A stretch of 64,000 nucleotides of DNA from Nitrososphaeraceae archaeon (GCA_035250975.1 DATFEP010000025.1:1-64000), one strand, 5' to 3'. Positions 40,501-51,931 are shown, counted from the stretch's first letter. Notes: generated from the letters alone by a model not told the origin. Program-made: numbers and translations.

Positions 40501-41790
40501 TTGAAAGTAGATCTTCCAAGAGGAATGAGGGATTTAACTAGTAACGATTCATACTATATTGATTACATAAAGAGAAAATTTTTTGAGGTTGTATCAACTT
40601 ACAATTTTCAGATACTAGTACCATCTCCACTAGAACTTTTGTCTACACTCGAGGTAAAGAGTGGATCTTCGATAATAAATGAGATTTATGGATTCACTGA
40701 TAAAGGCGGAAGAAGTATAGCACTTCGCTATGACCTTACAGTTGGAATGACAAGGTTTGCAACCTCAAGACGTGATATGCGTCTTCCAATAAAGCTAGCA
40801 TCCTTTGGTGGAGTCTGGAGATATGATGAACCTCAAGCAGGGCGATATAGATATTTCCATCAATGGGATATTGAGCTTTACGATACCTTCGACATCGATT
40901 CAGATGCAGAAATAATAGAATTTGTTTCCAATTTTTTTGACAAGCTTGGCATTGGTAATAGTATTATAATAGAAGTAAGTGATAGAAGGATACTTGAAGA
41001 ATACATTAAATTAAACTTCAAGATAGAAAATGAGACTCTTTTATCTGAAATCTTTAGGGCTATAGATAAAGTACCCAAAAAGGGCATACAAGTAGTCTGT
41101 CACGAATACAAAGAAGTAATAGATGAAACGTTATTAAAAGATCTTTTACAAGTTTTCTCATTTAAAGGAGATCTGGAAGATTTAAAATCCAATCCAAAAA
41201 TAAATAATTTAGAATGTATAAAATACCTTGAAAAACTGCTTTTATCCTTAAAATATAGAAATGTTACAAACGTCAGAATAAATTTGGGAATAGTTAGAGG
41301 TCTGGACTATTATTCTGGAATGGTTTTCGAAGTATTGGATACCAAATCTGATGTAGGTTCTCTAGTTGGTGGAGGTCGTTACGACAAACTTACGAGCGTA
41401 TTTGGAAGACCGGATATTGGAGCAGCTGGTGCTGCTGGAGGAGTAGAAAGGATCATTTTAGCATTGCAATCTCGCGAAAATATTCTACCATCTGAGGAAA
41501 AAAATATAATTTATCTTGCAAATTCAGGAGACGAGGTTCGCAATCATTTATTACGTCTGGTAAATTTTCTGAGAAAAAAAGGGTTTATTATAGAATATGA
41601 TATCTCCAATAGGACACTAAAAAAGCAATTAAGTGATGCCTCATCAAAAAATGCAAAAATTGCGATTATAGTGGCACCAGAAGAAATAAGCCGTCAAAAG
41701 CTAAAGTTACGCAATATGAAAACAGGTTCAGAATCAATGGAGAAAATAAACGGAATAGAAAAAAGGATAGCTGAACTTCTTTTATTATAG
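40501..41790 (+). CDS. hisS: Histidine--tRNA ligase
   Basis: PRGMRD, LRYDLT, WRYDEPQAGRYRYFHQ, VRGLDYYSG, GGGRYD. Confidence 0.97.
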   Translation: MKVDLPRGMRDLTSNDSYYIDYIKRKFFEVVSTYNFQILVPSPLELLSTLEVKSGSSIINEIYGFTDKGGRSIALRYDLTVGMTRFATSRRDMRLPIKLASFGGVWRYDEPQAGRYRYFHQWDIELYDTFDIDSDAEIIEFVSNFFDKLGIGNSIIIEVSDRRILEEYIKLNFKIENETLLSEIFRAIDKVPKKGIQVVCHEYKEVIDETLLKDLLQVFSFKGDLEDLKSNPKINNLECIKYLEKLLLSLKYRNVTNVRINLGIVRGLDYYSGMVFEVLDTKSDVGSLVGGGRYDKLTSVFGRPDIGAAGAAGGVERIILALQSRENILPSEEKNIIYLANSGDEVRNHLLRLVNFLRKKGFIIEYDISNRTLKKQLSDASSKNAKIAIIVAPEEISRQKLKLRNMKTGSESMEKINGIEKRIAELLLL

Positions 41791-42057
41791 TCTTAACATT
41801 TGGATACTTTTCATTTTTATGATTCCACTTTGTTTTTTCTCGTATACATTTCTGATAACAAGGTCAGGTGGGTCATAACTTATGAATAAATCTCCTTCTT
41901 CTAATTCATTGATGTTATAGCTAATCAGGATATCATCCTGATCAATGCCATTGTAGACAAGTAAATTTTTGGCCCTTTGTATTATCTCTTCATCGGATGT
42001 GTTTGGAGCTAGAAAGACTCTCTTTGAGTAATTTATTACCATAATTATTAACAACAA
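41785..42057 (-). CDS. Hypothetical protein
   Basis: ~86-90-aa ORF convergent with hisS. Confidence 0.55.
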   Translation of the reverse strand: MLLIIMVINYSKRVFLAPNTSDEEIIQRAKNLLVYNGIDQDDILISYNINELEEGDLFISYDPPDLVIRNVYEKKQSGIIKMKSIQMLRL

Positions 42058-42410
42058 GATACTTGAATAACCAATAATTAAATGTAAAAAATAACACTAT
42101 ATTCTTTTATCCATCTGGTTGTCTTTTTCTTGAGATTACTAGAATCAAATTTTGGTGACTTCTCGTGATGGTCTGATTTGTTTTATTCCTTCCATCTTTT
42201 TCTTCTTATGGATGATTCCTCTTCTCTTCCCGCTTTCCACTTGATTCTTCGAATAAATGATTTTATCTTTATATGTTATAAACTAACCTCTCTTATTCTC
42301 AGCTGCAAATTTTTTTATAATTTGTCATTACAAGAACTAAAAATACTTACCAATCAAGCAAAAGGTATATTTGTATTACCTATCTATTCGTTTTTGGTAT
42401 AATATTTACT

Positions 42411-44138
42411 GTGACAGATTCGATTCATCATGATGTTGTTATAATAGGTTCGGGGTTAGCAGGTCTTAGAGCTGCTATCGCTGCTGCATCTACAGGAAAA
42501 AACAAGACTAGCATCGGTGTCTTCTCCAAGGTACAGGTGATGCGATCACACTCAGTTTCTGCGGAGGGAGGTACTGCAGCAGTAATCTTTGAAGATGAAG
42601 GAGATAACCAAGAGTCTCATATTTACGATACAATCAAAGGAAGTGACTTTCTTGCAGATCAAGACGTTGCTGAAAGACTAGCAAGCAATATCCCTCATGA
42701 AATATACCAACTTGATCATTGGGGTATGCCTTGGTCTAGGCGAGAAGATGGTAGAATAGGACAAAGGAAATTTGGAGGATATTCTTTTCCGAGGGCAACA
42801 TTTGCCCAAGACAAGGTTGGATTCTACCTGATGCAAACTCTATACGATACCTGTCTTAAGTTTGATAATATTCATTTTTACAATGAATGGTTCTGTACAA
42901 GTATTTTAAAAGACAACAGTAAATTCAGAGGTCTTACTGCAATAGAGCTGAAAAACGGTAACTTCATCACTGTGAAATCACCAGCAGGAATCATCTGTAC
43001 TGGAGGAGCAGGTCGAATTTACAGTTTCTCGACTTATGCATATTCTTCTACTCCTGATGGTATTGATATGGCATTTCGAGCTGGACTTGCTTTGAAGGAC
43101 ATGGAATTTGTTCAGTTCCATCCTACCGGTATCCTTCCTTCAGGTATTTTAATAACAGAAGGAGCTAGAGGCGAGGGCGGTTATTTGATAAATAATACTG
43201 GAGAAAGATTCATGAAAAATTATGCTCCAGAAAAATTGGAACTCGCGCCAAGAGATGTGGTCTCTAGATCGATGATAAAGGAGATAGAGGCTGGTCGTGG
43301 ATTCAAACATGAATCTGGTTACGATTGTTTAAAATTGGATCTAACGCATCTTGGAGATGAAAAGATAAAAGAACGATTAGCTGGAATAAGAGAAATTGGA
43401 ATCAAATTTTCTGGTGTAGATGTAATAGATGAACCTATAGAAATAAGACCTGTCTGTCACTACATGATGGGAGGAATTCATACTGATGTCGATGGTAGGA
43501 CAGAATTGGCTGGTTTGTGGGCAGCTGGTGAAGCCGCATGTAACAGCACCCACGGTGCCAATCGTCTAGGGGCAAACTCTACCTCCGAATGTATCGTATG
43601 GGGACGAATAACTGGCGAACTTGCTGCCAGTTTTGCACTCTCGAGTAAAGAAAAAAATAGAACTGATGATTCTTCAACAGAACAGGTTCAGACAGAGGAA
43701 AAAAGGATCTATGATGGCATTTTCAGAGGAAAAGGAGAAGTAAATCCATACCAGGCCAGAAAAGAACTAACTGATACTATGGATGCTAAGTCCTTTGTTT
43801 TTAGAAATGAAGAATCTCTTGTTGAAGGACTGAAAAAAGTAAGAGAATTAAAGAGTCAAACATGGAAGCACGCAGATGATAAATCAAAAGAATATAATAC
43901 TAATTTTGTAAACGTCATGGAGATTGATGCAATGATGAGAACTGCAGAAGTAGTCTTATTAGGTGCAATAAATAGAAGAGAATCTAGAGGAGCTCATTCC
44001 AGATTAGATTTTCCTAATCGTGATGATGTTAACTTTTTAAAACATACTCTTGCCTATTACAGTACAGATGGGGAACCTAAAATGACTTGGCATCCTGTGA
44101 TAATTACTAGATATGCCCCTGTGGAGAGGAAATACTGA
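42411..44138 (+). CDS. sdhA: Succinate dehydrogenase flavoprotein subunit
   Basis: IGSGLAG, RSHSVSAEGG, QFHPTG, LAPRDVVSR, HYMMGG, HGANRLG, ESRGAH. Confidence 0.97.
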   Translation: MTDSIHHDVVIIGSGLAGLRAAIAAASTGKNKTSIGVFSKVQVMRSHSVSAEGGTAAVIFEDEGDNQESHIYDTIKGSDFLADQDVAERLASNIPHEIYQLDHWGMPWSRREDGRIGQRKFGGYSFPRATFAQDKVGFYLMQTLYDTCLKFDNIHFYNEWFCTSILKDNSKFRGLTAIELKNGNFITVKSPAGIICTGGAGRIYSFSTYAYSSTPDGIDMAFRAGLALKDMEFVQFHPTGILPSGILITEGARGEGGYLINNTGERFMKNYAPEKLELAPRDVVSRSMIKEIEAGRGFKHESGYDCLKLDLTHLGDEKIKERLAGIREIGIKFSGVDVIDEPIEIRPVCHYMMGGIHTDVDGRTELAGLWAAGEAACNSTHGANRLGANSTSECIVWGRITGELAASFALSSKEKNRTDDSSTEQVQTEEKRIYDGIFRGKGEVNPYQARKELTDTMDAKSFVFRNEESLVEGLKKVRELKSQTWKHADDKSKEYNTNFVNVMEIDAMMRTAEVVLLGAINRRESRGAHSRLDFPNRDDVNFLKHTLAYYSTDGEPKMTWHPVIITRYAPVERKY

Positions 44139-44639
44139 ATGACTGTATCTGAGAATTTAGATTCATCATCGTCTGACTCTAATGTCAACAAAAATAGCAT
44201 TGAAGCAAATCTTAGAACAAACAGGGAGGGGTTGAAAGGATGGCTAAACCCTTCACGATATGGGTGGGAAAGAGTATCTTATTGGTTGCAGCGTCTGACA
44301 GGCGTATTTCTTCTAGTGTACTTTGTGGGACATGTTTATGAGACTAGCTCTCTTGTTAGTGGTCCTGATGCATGGGCTACAATGCTCGAAATGACCCAGA
44401 CAATATGGGGACATCTCTTCTTGATGACTGTCATAGGTGCAAGTACCTTTCATACTATAAACGGTATACGACTGATCTTTACACACGTGGGAATGGGTTT
44501 AGGCAAACCCGGTAGACCAGATTATCCATACGATCCTACTTCTATCAATACAAAAGAGCGGTCTGGAATATGGATAGCTCTTGTATTGGCAGCGGTAGCT
44601 ATGCTGTACGGTGCAAGCGTCTTGTTTGGAGGCGAATAA
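44139..44639 (+). CDS. sdhC: Succinate dehydrogenase cytochrome b subunit
   Basis: LQRLTG..GH, FHTINGIR; three TM helices; operon position. Confidence 0.9.
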   Translation: MTVSENLDSSSSDSNVNKNSIEANLRTNREGLKGWLNPSRYGWERVSYWLQRLTGVFLLVYFVGHVYETSSLVSGPDAWATMLEMTQTIWGHLFLMTVIGASTFHTINGIRLIFTHVGMGLGKPGRPDYPYDPTSINTKERSGIWIALVLAAVAMLYGASVLFGGE

Positions 44640-44642
44640 AAA

Positions 44643-45032
44643 TTGAAGAACGATTCATCAAGTAGCGGAATTAGCACATCTCTTTTAAAAGAAAGCCAAA
44701 TCATGAAGATCCATTATATCACTGGAGTTTGTGCACTAGTTGTTGTAGCAATACATATCATGATGCGTTTAATAATGCCATACAATATGTCTTTGGAATT
44801 TGAAAATGTTATTTTAAACTACAAGAACATATTTTATGCTATTTTGCTAGAAACAATTTTAGTACTTATTGCTATACATGGGTTTAACGGCCTCAGGATT
44901 ATATTATTGGAGTTTAGGCAGAATGAACTATGGGAGAAGAGTGTAAACATTTTTGTAATAATTGCGATGATAGGAATAATTGCCTTTGGAACTAGAACGA
45001 TAATAGTTGCAAATGGCTTATCTTTAGGTTAA
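44643..45032 (+). CDS. sdhD: Succinate dehydrogenase membrane anchor subunit
   Basis: HYITG..IH, IHGFNGLRIILLE; three TM helices. Confidence 0.88.
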   Translation: MKNDSSSSGISTSLLKESQIMKIHYITGVCALVVVAIHIMMRLIMPYNMSLEFENVILNYKNIFYAILLETILVLIAIHGFNGLRIILLEFRQNELWEKSVNIFVIIAMIGIIAFGTRTIIVANGLSLG

Positions 45033-45060
45033 AAGAATGGGAAAGATGAAGTGAAATAGA

Positions 45061-45972
45061 ATGGAAAATAATAAAAACAAAAAAAGTGTTAATAATGAGA
45101 ACAAAAGTAATATTGAAAAGGAAATCAGTTTCAAGAATAAAAAAGAAAATATGAAAAATGAAGGGAATGGCAATGAACATTTTAAAGAAAGCATCAAGCT
45201 TAAAGTATTCAGGATAAATGCTGTCAGAGACACAAAGAAGGATTCACCACATTACGATGAATTCCAAGTACCTGTTAAAAGATGGACAACTGTACTTGAT
45301 GCTTTATTGCATGCAAAAAGCTATCAAGATAGTAGTATTGGTATAAGATATTCATGTAGGATGGCTACATGTGGATCCTGTGGAATGAAAATAAATGGAA
45401 AACCAAGACTGGCATGTTATACTAAAATATCTGAATTAGAAGGAGATACTATTACTTGTGAACCCTTGGCAAACTTTCCCTATATCAGAGACCTTGTTAC
45501 TGATTTTTCACAGTTCTTTCAACACCATAAAAATATCATGCCATACATACAGAATGAAAATGCAGACATGAAAGATAATAGTGAACTATCTGAATATTTG
45601 CAGACTCCTGAAGATGTAGACAAATTCTTACAATTCTCATATTGTATTAAATGTGGATTGTGTTATTCGGCATGTCCAACAGTTGCAACAGACACAAAAT
45701 TTCCTGGTCCGCAAGCACTATCACAGGCATATAGGTATTTTTCCGATTCGAGGGATTCAGATAAAAAGAATCGACTGAATGTCATTGATGATAGACATGG
45801 TATATGGAGGTGTCATTTTGCAGGTTCCTGCAGTCATGTATGTCCAAAAGGAGTTGATCCAGCTTTAGGAATACAACTACTAAGAAACCACTTGCTAGGA
45901 TTTTCAAAAAATGACAAAAAGATATCTTCCTTGCAAGATAGATCCTCTAAAGACAAAACAAAAAACGATTAA
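45061..45972 (+). CDS. sdhB: Succinate dehydrogenase iron-sulfur subunit
   Basis: SCRMATCGSC..LAC, CIKCGLCYSACP, CHFAGSCSHVCP. Confidence 0.96.
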   Translation: MENNKNKKSVNNENKSNIEKEISFKNKKENMKNEGNGNEHFKESIKLKVFRINAVRDTKKDSPHYDEFQVPVKRWTTVLDALLHAKSYQDSSIGIRYSCRMATCGSCGMKINGKPRLACYTKISELEGDTITCEPLANFPYIRDLVTDFSQFFQHHKNIMPYIQNENADMKDNSELSEYLQTPEDVDKFLQFSYCIKCGLCYSACPTVATDTKFPGPQALSQAYRYFSDSRDSDKKNRLNVIDDRHGIWRCHFAGSCSHVCPKGVDPALGIQLLRNHLLGFSKNDKKISSLQDRSSKDKTKND

Positions 45973-46435
45973 TAAAATACGATTAATAATATTTTATTTT
46001 TTCAAACTTTTGTTATCAAATTTTTAATCTATCTCCTTGTTTAAACCAAATGATTTTAGGTTTCGGATTTATTTCAATATAGTATATTTAATACTACGCA
46101 TTTTCTGTACACGGCGCTTGATTTTAGATTGTCTTCGGTATATATCTCAAATCTATGGGATTGGTATTAGAATGAGAGTCCACCATCTCCTTCTTCCATC
46201 CTGTTAACGATATAAAATAAAAAAATAAAAAAATTTTTAGATTGACTTTACCATCTATATCTTTGAAATAAAAAATATTAATGAAGTGAATATCTCTATT
46301 TTTTCATTTTTCTAAATTTTAAATCCACATGTTTCGATAAATAATAAAATAAGTCTTATAAAGAAATTCTATTTAGAACGTCCTTTCCTTTCAACAACTT
46401 GATTTATATCACGAATAAGACTTGAATTTAATATC

Positions 46436-46834
46436 TTACTTTTCATCTGCTTTGTCCTTTTCAGGCAATTTACTTTCGTTTACCTGCTTGTTTATTGCCT
46501 CTGCCATAAAGTGATTACTCACATTTACCTTTACTTGTTCGATGCTTCCTATTTTGTAAATGTTATCTCTGACATCCTGAGCAATTTTAAAACCAAATAC
46601 TGCTGGACAAAAGGGACTTGTTAAATGTAAATCGACATTTACTTGATTATCATTAATATCTACCTTATCTACCAATTCCAATTCCATTATCGAGACTCCG
46701 ATTTCAGGATCTACTATTTTCGACAATTCATCAAAGATTAATCTACGGGTCTGTTGAATATCTTGAGACATCATACATATTTTATCAAAAACCATATTTA
46801 ATGATTGATATAGATTAAAGACAATCCAATACAA
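46436..46834 (-). CDS. DUF59/MIP18-family Fe-S cluster assembly protein (true start probably ~46770)
   Basis: IVDPEIGVSIMELELV, LTSPFCP. Confidence 0.88.
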   Translation of the reverse strand: MYWIVFNLYQSLNMVFDKICMMSQDIQQTRRLIFDELSKIVDPEIGVSIMELELVDKVDINDNQVNVDLHLTSPFCPAVFGFKIAQDVRDNIYKIGSIEQVKVNVSNHFMAEAINKQVNESKLPEKDKADEK

Positions 46835-46941
46835 TAACGGATTATTTATGAATTTAGTTTAGATTACTAACGGAATATACCATCTTGTGAGAATAGATAA
46901 ATATATTATATTGAAATCCTGTTTAATATTGATAAATATTC

Positions 46942-48450
46942 TTGTATAGATCTAGACAGACCGAAAATCTAGATAAAAATGTTCTTGATTATCTTTCTTC
47001 CCTAGATGATGATATTAACTTATTTTATTATGATATTGTTGGAACTCAAGCACATTGTATCATGTTAAACAAAATTGGAATTTTAGACCATCAAGAATTA
47101 TCAAGACTTCTCTCTTCATTAAGTGAACTAAAGGATAATCACATGGATCAGGCGAAGGTTACAAAGATACTATCATCAGATTCCTCTGAAGATATTCATG
47201 AACAGATTGAAGCCCTAGTAACCCAAAGTATAGGTATAGAAGTGGGTGGTAAGATGCATACAGGACGTTCCAGAAATGATCAGGTAGCATTAGATATTAT
47301 AATGAAAACAAGGGACGATCTCCTATTTATATCCAACCTCATAACTAACCTACTAAGATCCTTAATAGCAAGATCAAAAGAATATCAAACAACGATTGTC
47401 TTTCTATATACTCATTTACAGCAGGCACAAATAGGCACGTTTTCTCACTATCTACTATCATATTCTTACAGTCTGTTAAGAGATCTCGAACGCTTTAATA
47501 TGATCTTTGATAGGATAAATAAATCTCCTTTGGGTGCATGTGCAATCGGTGGTACTAATATACCCATAGACAGAAAATACACCGCTTCTCTGCTAGGATT
47601 TGATGGACTGGTAGAAAATTCCATTGATGCTACTAGTTCTAGAGATGTAATTATCGAATTTTTATCTTCCCAGACAATCTTAATGAACTCCTTAAGTCGA
47701 ATTGCCGAAGATTTTATTCTCTGGTCTACTTCAGAATTTAATTATATCGAACTTGCAGACAAATATAGTTCGACATCGAGTGTAATGCCACAAAAGAAAA
47801 ATCCAGATCCCTTGGAAATTTTACGTTCACATTCATCTATTGTTACTGGAAATCTTCTTTCAGCATTGACAATAATAAGGAGCCTTCCAACTGGTTATAG
47901 TAGAGACCTGCAGGATCTCAAACCCTTATTGTGGAAATCTACTGCTATAGTAACAAATTCTCTGATAATAATGGTAGGGATAATAGATACATTTAAAGTG
48001 AATAAAAACATCGCATTAGAGCAAGCTAATAAGAGCTATGCTGTCTCTTTGGATATTGCTGAACAGTTGGTGATCAAATACAATATCCCATTTCGTCAAG
48101 CTCACAAATTGGTAGGACGTCTTGTACAATATGCGATAAAAAATAACCATAGTATTAGTTTAAAGGACATTACAAAGGAAGAACTTTCAAGGATTCTTGA
48201 TTCTATTAATATGCATATAGATACATATGATTTACATAGGATCATTAGAGACACAACTTCAGAAAATTCTATATACTTAAGAAAATCAGCAGGATCTCCG
48301 AATCCGAATGAACAGAAAAAAATGCTGGAATCAATAGAAAATTTACTTATAGATACAGAAAATATCTTATCTAAAAGAATTACTATGGTAGATCAGGCTT
48401 TTAAAAATCTCCAACAACTTGTAATTGAAAAATGTAAATTCGATAAATAA
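46942..48450 (+). CDS. argH: Argininosuccinate lyase
   Basis: EDIH, HTGRSRNDQ, YTHLQQAQ, SSVMPQKKNPD, PFRQAH. Confidence 0.96.
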   Translation: MYRSRQTENLDKNVLDYLSSLDDDINLFYYDIVGTQAHCIMLNKIGILDHQELSRLLSSLSELKDNHMDQAKVTKILSSDSSEDIHEQIEALVTQSIGIEVGGKMHTGRSRNDQVALDIIMKTRDDLLFISNLITNLLRSLIARSKEYQTTIVFLYTHLQQAQIGTFSHYLLSYSYSLLRDLERFNMIFDRINKSPLGACAIGGTNIPIDRKYTASLLGFDGLVENSIDATSSRDVIIEFLSSQTILMNSLSRIAEDFILWSTSEFNYIELADKYSSTSSVMPQKKNPDPLEILRSHSSIVTGNLLSALTIIRSLPTGYSRDLQDLKPLLWKSTAIVTNSLIIMVGIIDTFKVNKNIALEQANKSYAVSLDIAEQLVIKYNIPFRQAHKLVGRLVQYAIKNNHSISLKDITKEELSRILDSINMHIDTYDLHRIIRDTTSENSIYLRKSAGSPNPNEQKKMLESIENLLIDTENILSKRITMVDQAFKNLQQLVIEKCKFDK

Positions 48451-48573
48451 TATTTTTTATTAATAGTGTCTTTGAAATGAGAAAGAAATATATTTTTTTT
48501 GGGTTTTATTAATAATAGGTCATTCATATATTAGTTCTAAAAAAACGGAAACGTTGTTTGCAATACATAAAAG

Positions 48574-48674
48574 TAGCCCGGCCCAGATTCGAACTGGGGT
48601 CAAAGGCTCCAAAGGCCTTTATGCTTGGCCGCTACACTCAGCGGGAAAATATATTTTTTTCCCTCCACCGGGCT
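48574..48674 (-). tRNA. tRNA-Gln(TTG) with a 28-nt non-canonical intron at position 10/11 (48637-48664)
   Basis: AGCCCGG/CCGGGCT-A acceptor stem; AAGGC-CTTTGGA-GCCTT; BHB with CGGT/GCTG helix, GG|A and AG|T bulges, intron stem GGGAAAA/TTTTCCC; mature length 73 nt. Confidence 0.92.
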
Positions 48675-48722
48675 TCCGGGCATTATTTCGTATTAATAAC
48701 TTGAATTATAATGTTATGAATT

Positions 48723-49877
48723 TCAAATAAATTTCTTAAATTGTACTATTGGATCTTCCATGCTATCTATAAATTTCAAAGATTTTTCAAACAATCTTTT
48801 TTGAAATTCTGATACTTTGTATTTTTTTAGTATATCATTATTTTTAAAATCTTTTTTCTCGTTTTTAATTTTAGAGAAAATGTTTTGCGTATATCTGGTT
48901 AACTCTTTTTCATTTCTTATTTTCTTTACAAATCCACATCTTATAAGAAAGTTTTCCACGTAAAAGCTAATAGGTGCAATAGAAATGACTGGTTTACCAA
49001 GTAATGCTGCCTCCGCGCTCATAGTACCTCCAGCACCAATAAACAGATCTATCTTTCTTAATAAAGAGATTCCATCCACTACATTTTCGAGGATTTGAAC
49101 CTTATTTTCATATCTCTGTTTGAAAAAATCTATTTGATCTTGGTATCTTCCCAGAATCAATACATGAGAGTACAAAGAAAAATTTTTAACAATACTGTCA
49201 ATCAATGCTAAGGAATTTTTCAGATTCTTGTTATCTGTTATATATGATGCCTTTGCCTCTTCCGGCCTAATTAAGATAGTAAATTGGTTTTTTTTATTTT
49301 TTTTCGATCTTGTAGTTGACCATCCTCTACATTCTTTAATTTTTTCCATCTCTCTTTTTACCCAGACAACAGGGTCAATTGCTCTATATCTAGTAATTTT
49401 TTCTCTATTAATTCCTAGATATAACCATGCCTTATATGGTATAATCCATGGACAAAAAAGCCGGTCACAAATTGGGACACTTAGTTTCGCCACAGCCAAT
49501 GCATGTGGAGAATCATTGAAGATGTAATGTTTTACACCTAATCCAAATGACACTCTTGAAGCTTCTGGCGAGGAAAAGGAGACAGTTAGATCAGGTTCAA
49601 AGGAATTAACAATATCTGCAAGTTTTCGAATTCTTTCACTGCTAGCTATTAATTTTTCATATCTGTCATTTCCTCCATGTTTACCAACTATTTTTATTCT
49701 TACTTTTTTTATTTTTGCTAACTCTATTGCCTCTCGGTAGTCTCGCCCAGTACAGAATATTTCATGTCCAGATTCTTCCAGATCTTCGACAAAATATTTG
49801 AAGAACATTACTTGTTTGGGAGTAAGAATATCGAACCAGATTCTCAAGTTATTGTGATAGTTACCATTACTTATCAA
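48723..49877 (-). CDS. DUF354 family (GT-B fold) protein
   Basis: IWFDILTPKQ, GKHGG, IGAGGTMSAEAALLGKP. Confidence 0.85.
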   Translation of the reverse strand: MISNGNYHNNLRIWFDILTPKQVMFFKYFVEDLEESGHEIFCTGRDYREAIELAKIKKVRIKIVGKHGGNDRYEKLIASSERIRKLADIVNSFEPDLTVSFSSPEASRVSFGLGVKHYIFNDSPHALAVAKLSVPICDRLFCPWIIPYKAWLYLGINREKITRYRAIDPVVWVKREMEKIKECRGWSTTRSKKNKKNQFTILIRPEEAKASYITDNKNLKNSLALIDSIVKNFSLYSHVLILGRYQDQIDFFKQRYENKVQILENVVDGISLLRKIDLFIGAGGTMSAEAALLGKPVISIAPISFYVENFLIRCGFVKKIRNEKELTRYTQNIFSKIKNEKKDFKNNDILKKYKVSEFQKRLFEKSLKFIDSMEDPIVQFKKFI

Positions 49878-50012
49878 TGAATACTTTTCTCTTGATCTTG
49901 AGAATAAGAAGATGAATCTGAACGAAAATTATTTTATGCATTCATCGTCTACTATAAAAAAATTAGGTAAACAAAATGAATAGCTTTAGTAAGGAGGAAA
50001 TTTCATAGTTTA

Positions 50013-51194
50013 TTGTCAAAATTGCCCTCGTCCCCAGAATTAGCTATATTTGGATTAAGTACTGAGGGCTATAATTTTGCTACATCACTTGTCAGTGTTG
50101 GCTATAAAGTTTCTATTATAGATGAAGCATCAAAGATGGGAATAACTTTAAACAATGATATTGCAAGAACATATGCTACCGTATGTGATCTTATAGAAGA
50201 CGAGCCGTTACTCCCAATTCAACCTTCAAACGATATCATTGGTAATGCTTCTTACCTTTTCTTTTCTCCAAAAATAAGAAAAATAGGTCAAGATGTAAAA
50301 ATCGATATTTCTTCTAAATTTATAGATGCCATTAGATCGATCGATAGGGATACCTCAGTTATATATACACTTCCAACTGGGATTAGTGGTAATGATGAAA
50401 ATATCAATATATTGGAACATACTACCGGAATGATGGTTGGAGAGAATATATCTTATTATTACATGCCAATTAACTCTGGACCGATTCTCTCATCTAATAC
50501 AGTAGTAGGAAGTTTTAATACAAGAAAAGATTCATTCCTTGAAAAGATACTCCAGATTATTAACAATCAACCGATACATCTGACAAATATTGTATCTGCC
50601 GAATTGACTTATGTTTCCAGGATACTAAGACATTATTCTGGTATTGCCAGTGTATTGGAAGTTTGTAAATATGCAAATGGCTACCAAGATGATAACCAAA
50701 TAATCGATAATTTTTACAAGGATCTATATCTAGATGATATTACAAATGGATTACATGATCTAAGAATAATTCAACATTCCTTGCAAGGTAATAATCCATT
50801 GATATATCTGGTTAACGGCACTATCAAGAGCATAGAAAGCTACCTTAAAAATTTGATAGACAAAATCCGTTACCTGCTAAAAAAGAAGGAATTGAAAGCA
50901 AGCAAAACCAGAATTTCAATTTTTTGGGCATTAGATCTTTTTGAAATGCGAGGTGATAAAATCGATATATCCTTATTATTAGAATCTCGACTAAGAGATT
51001 ATATAGGTGAGGTTGAGCATGGCGGAGGGAATAGTCTTGACAATTATCCTAGTGATAAGACTACAATCTTTGTTGCCTGCTCTAAATCGGATTATCATCT
51101 CATAACTAAAGCCAATAATGCCGATTCAATAATCATAAAGGCAAATCCTATTTGTGAGGTTAAATCTGATCTAATAAATGTGGAGAGGTATTGA
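50013..51194 (+). CDS. Divergent NDP-sugar dehydrogenase-like protein
   Basis: Rossmann-like start LAIFGLSTEG, TLPTG, SAEL helix; canonical catalytic motifs not evident. Confidence 0.55.
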   Translation: MSKLPSSPELAIFGLSTEGYNFATSLVSVGYKVSIIDEASKMGITLNNDIARTYATVCDLIEDEPLLPIQPSNDIIGNASYLFFSPKIRKIGQDVKIDISSKFIDAIRSIDRDTSVIYTLPTGISGNDENINILEHTTGMMVGENISYYYMPINSGPILSSNTVVGSFNTRKDSFLEKILQIINNQPIHLTNIVSAELTYVSRILRHYSGIASVLEVCKYANGYQDDNQIIDNFYKDLYLDDITNGLHDLRIIQHSLQGNNPLIYLVNGTIKSIESYLKNLIDKIRYLLKKKELKASKTRISIFWALDLFEMRGDKIDISLLLESRLRDYIGEVEHGGGNSLDNYPSDKTTIFVACSKSDYHLITKANNADSIIIKANPICEVKSDLINVERY

Positions 51195-51328
51195 TATCAT
51201 CTTAACAACTCAAGTGTGCTAAAAAATTAACAATAACAGATGCTGTAATTTTTCAATAAAGAATATATAAATACCTGATAAAATCCAATGTGATGTTTTT
51301 GTTTTATACTTTTTAGTTTTCTTTTTAT

Positions 51329-51931
51329 TTACTTCTTTGATTCCCATTCTGATTTTTTCTTATCATATTCTTTTCTAGAATAAACAACTTTAGCGGGATG
51401 TCCTATCACCACAGTATCTTCAGGTACGTCCTTGGTAACAATAGAACCCATTCCTACAACAGAATTTTTTCCTATTATGATTCCCGGTTTTATTACTGCT
51501 CTGGCAGCAATTATTGCCCCATCATTCACTAAGGTTCCAATCATCTTAGGACTCATTGGATAAGGATCATTAGTAAATGTAGCTCCAGGACCTATGAATA
51601 CATTCTTTCCTATAACAGTCAGTGGAGGAATATATACAGAACCTTCAATCCTAGTATTATCACCTATTTTCACGTTGTAATCTATATGTACAAGAGAACC
51701 AATCATAACATTTTTTCCAATTTCTGTATTATCTCCAACATATGTATAATGCCAAATCTTTACATTCTTTCCTATTTTTGCTGTATCGGAAATGTAATGA
51801 GTAACAAATCTTTTTTCTTCTTGAAATACTTCATGCTTCTTTTTAGTATTTTTTTCGGTTATATTTTCTGAGATACTATCCCTCTTCTTTGATTTTATTT
51901 TATTTTTCTTTTCTTTATTATTCTTACTCAT
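51329..51931 (-). CDS. Hexapeptide-repeat N-acetyltransferase (WbpD-like)
   Basis: IGKNVKIWH repeats, VFIGPGATFTND.YP, GSIVTKDVP..VIGHPA. Confidence 0.88.
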   Translation of the reverse strand: MSKNNKEKKNKIKSKKRDSISENITEKNTKKKHEVFQEEKRFVTHYISDTAKIGKNVKIWHYTYVGDNTEIGKNVMIGSLVHIDYNVKIGDNTRIEGSVYIPPLTVIGKNVFIGPGATFTNDPYPMSPKMIGTLVNDGAIIAARAVIKPGIIIGKNSVVGMGSIVTKDVPEDTVVIGHPAKVVYSRKEYDKKKSEWESKK

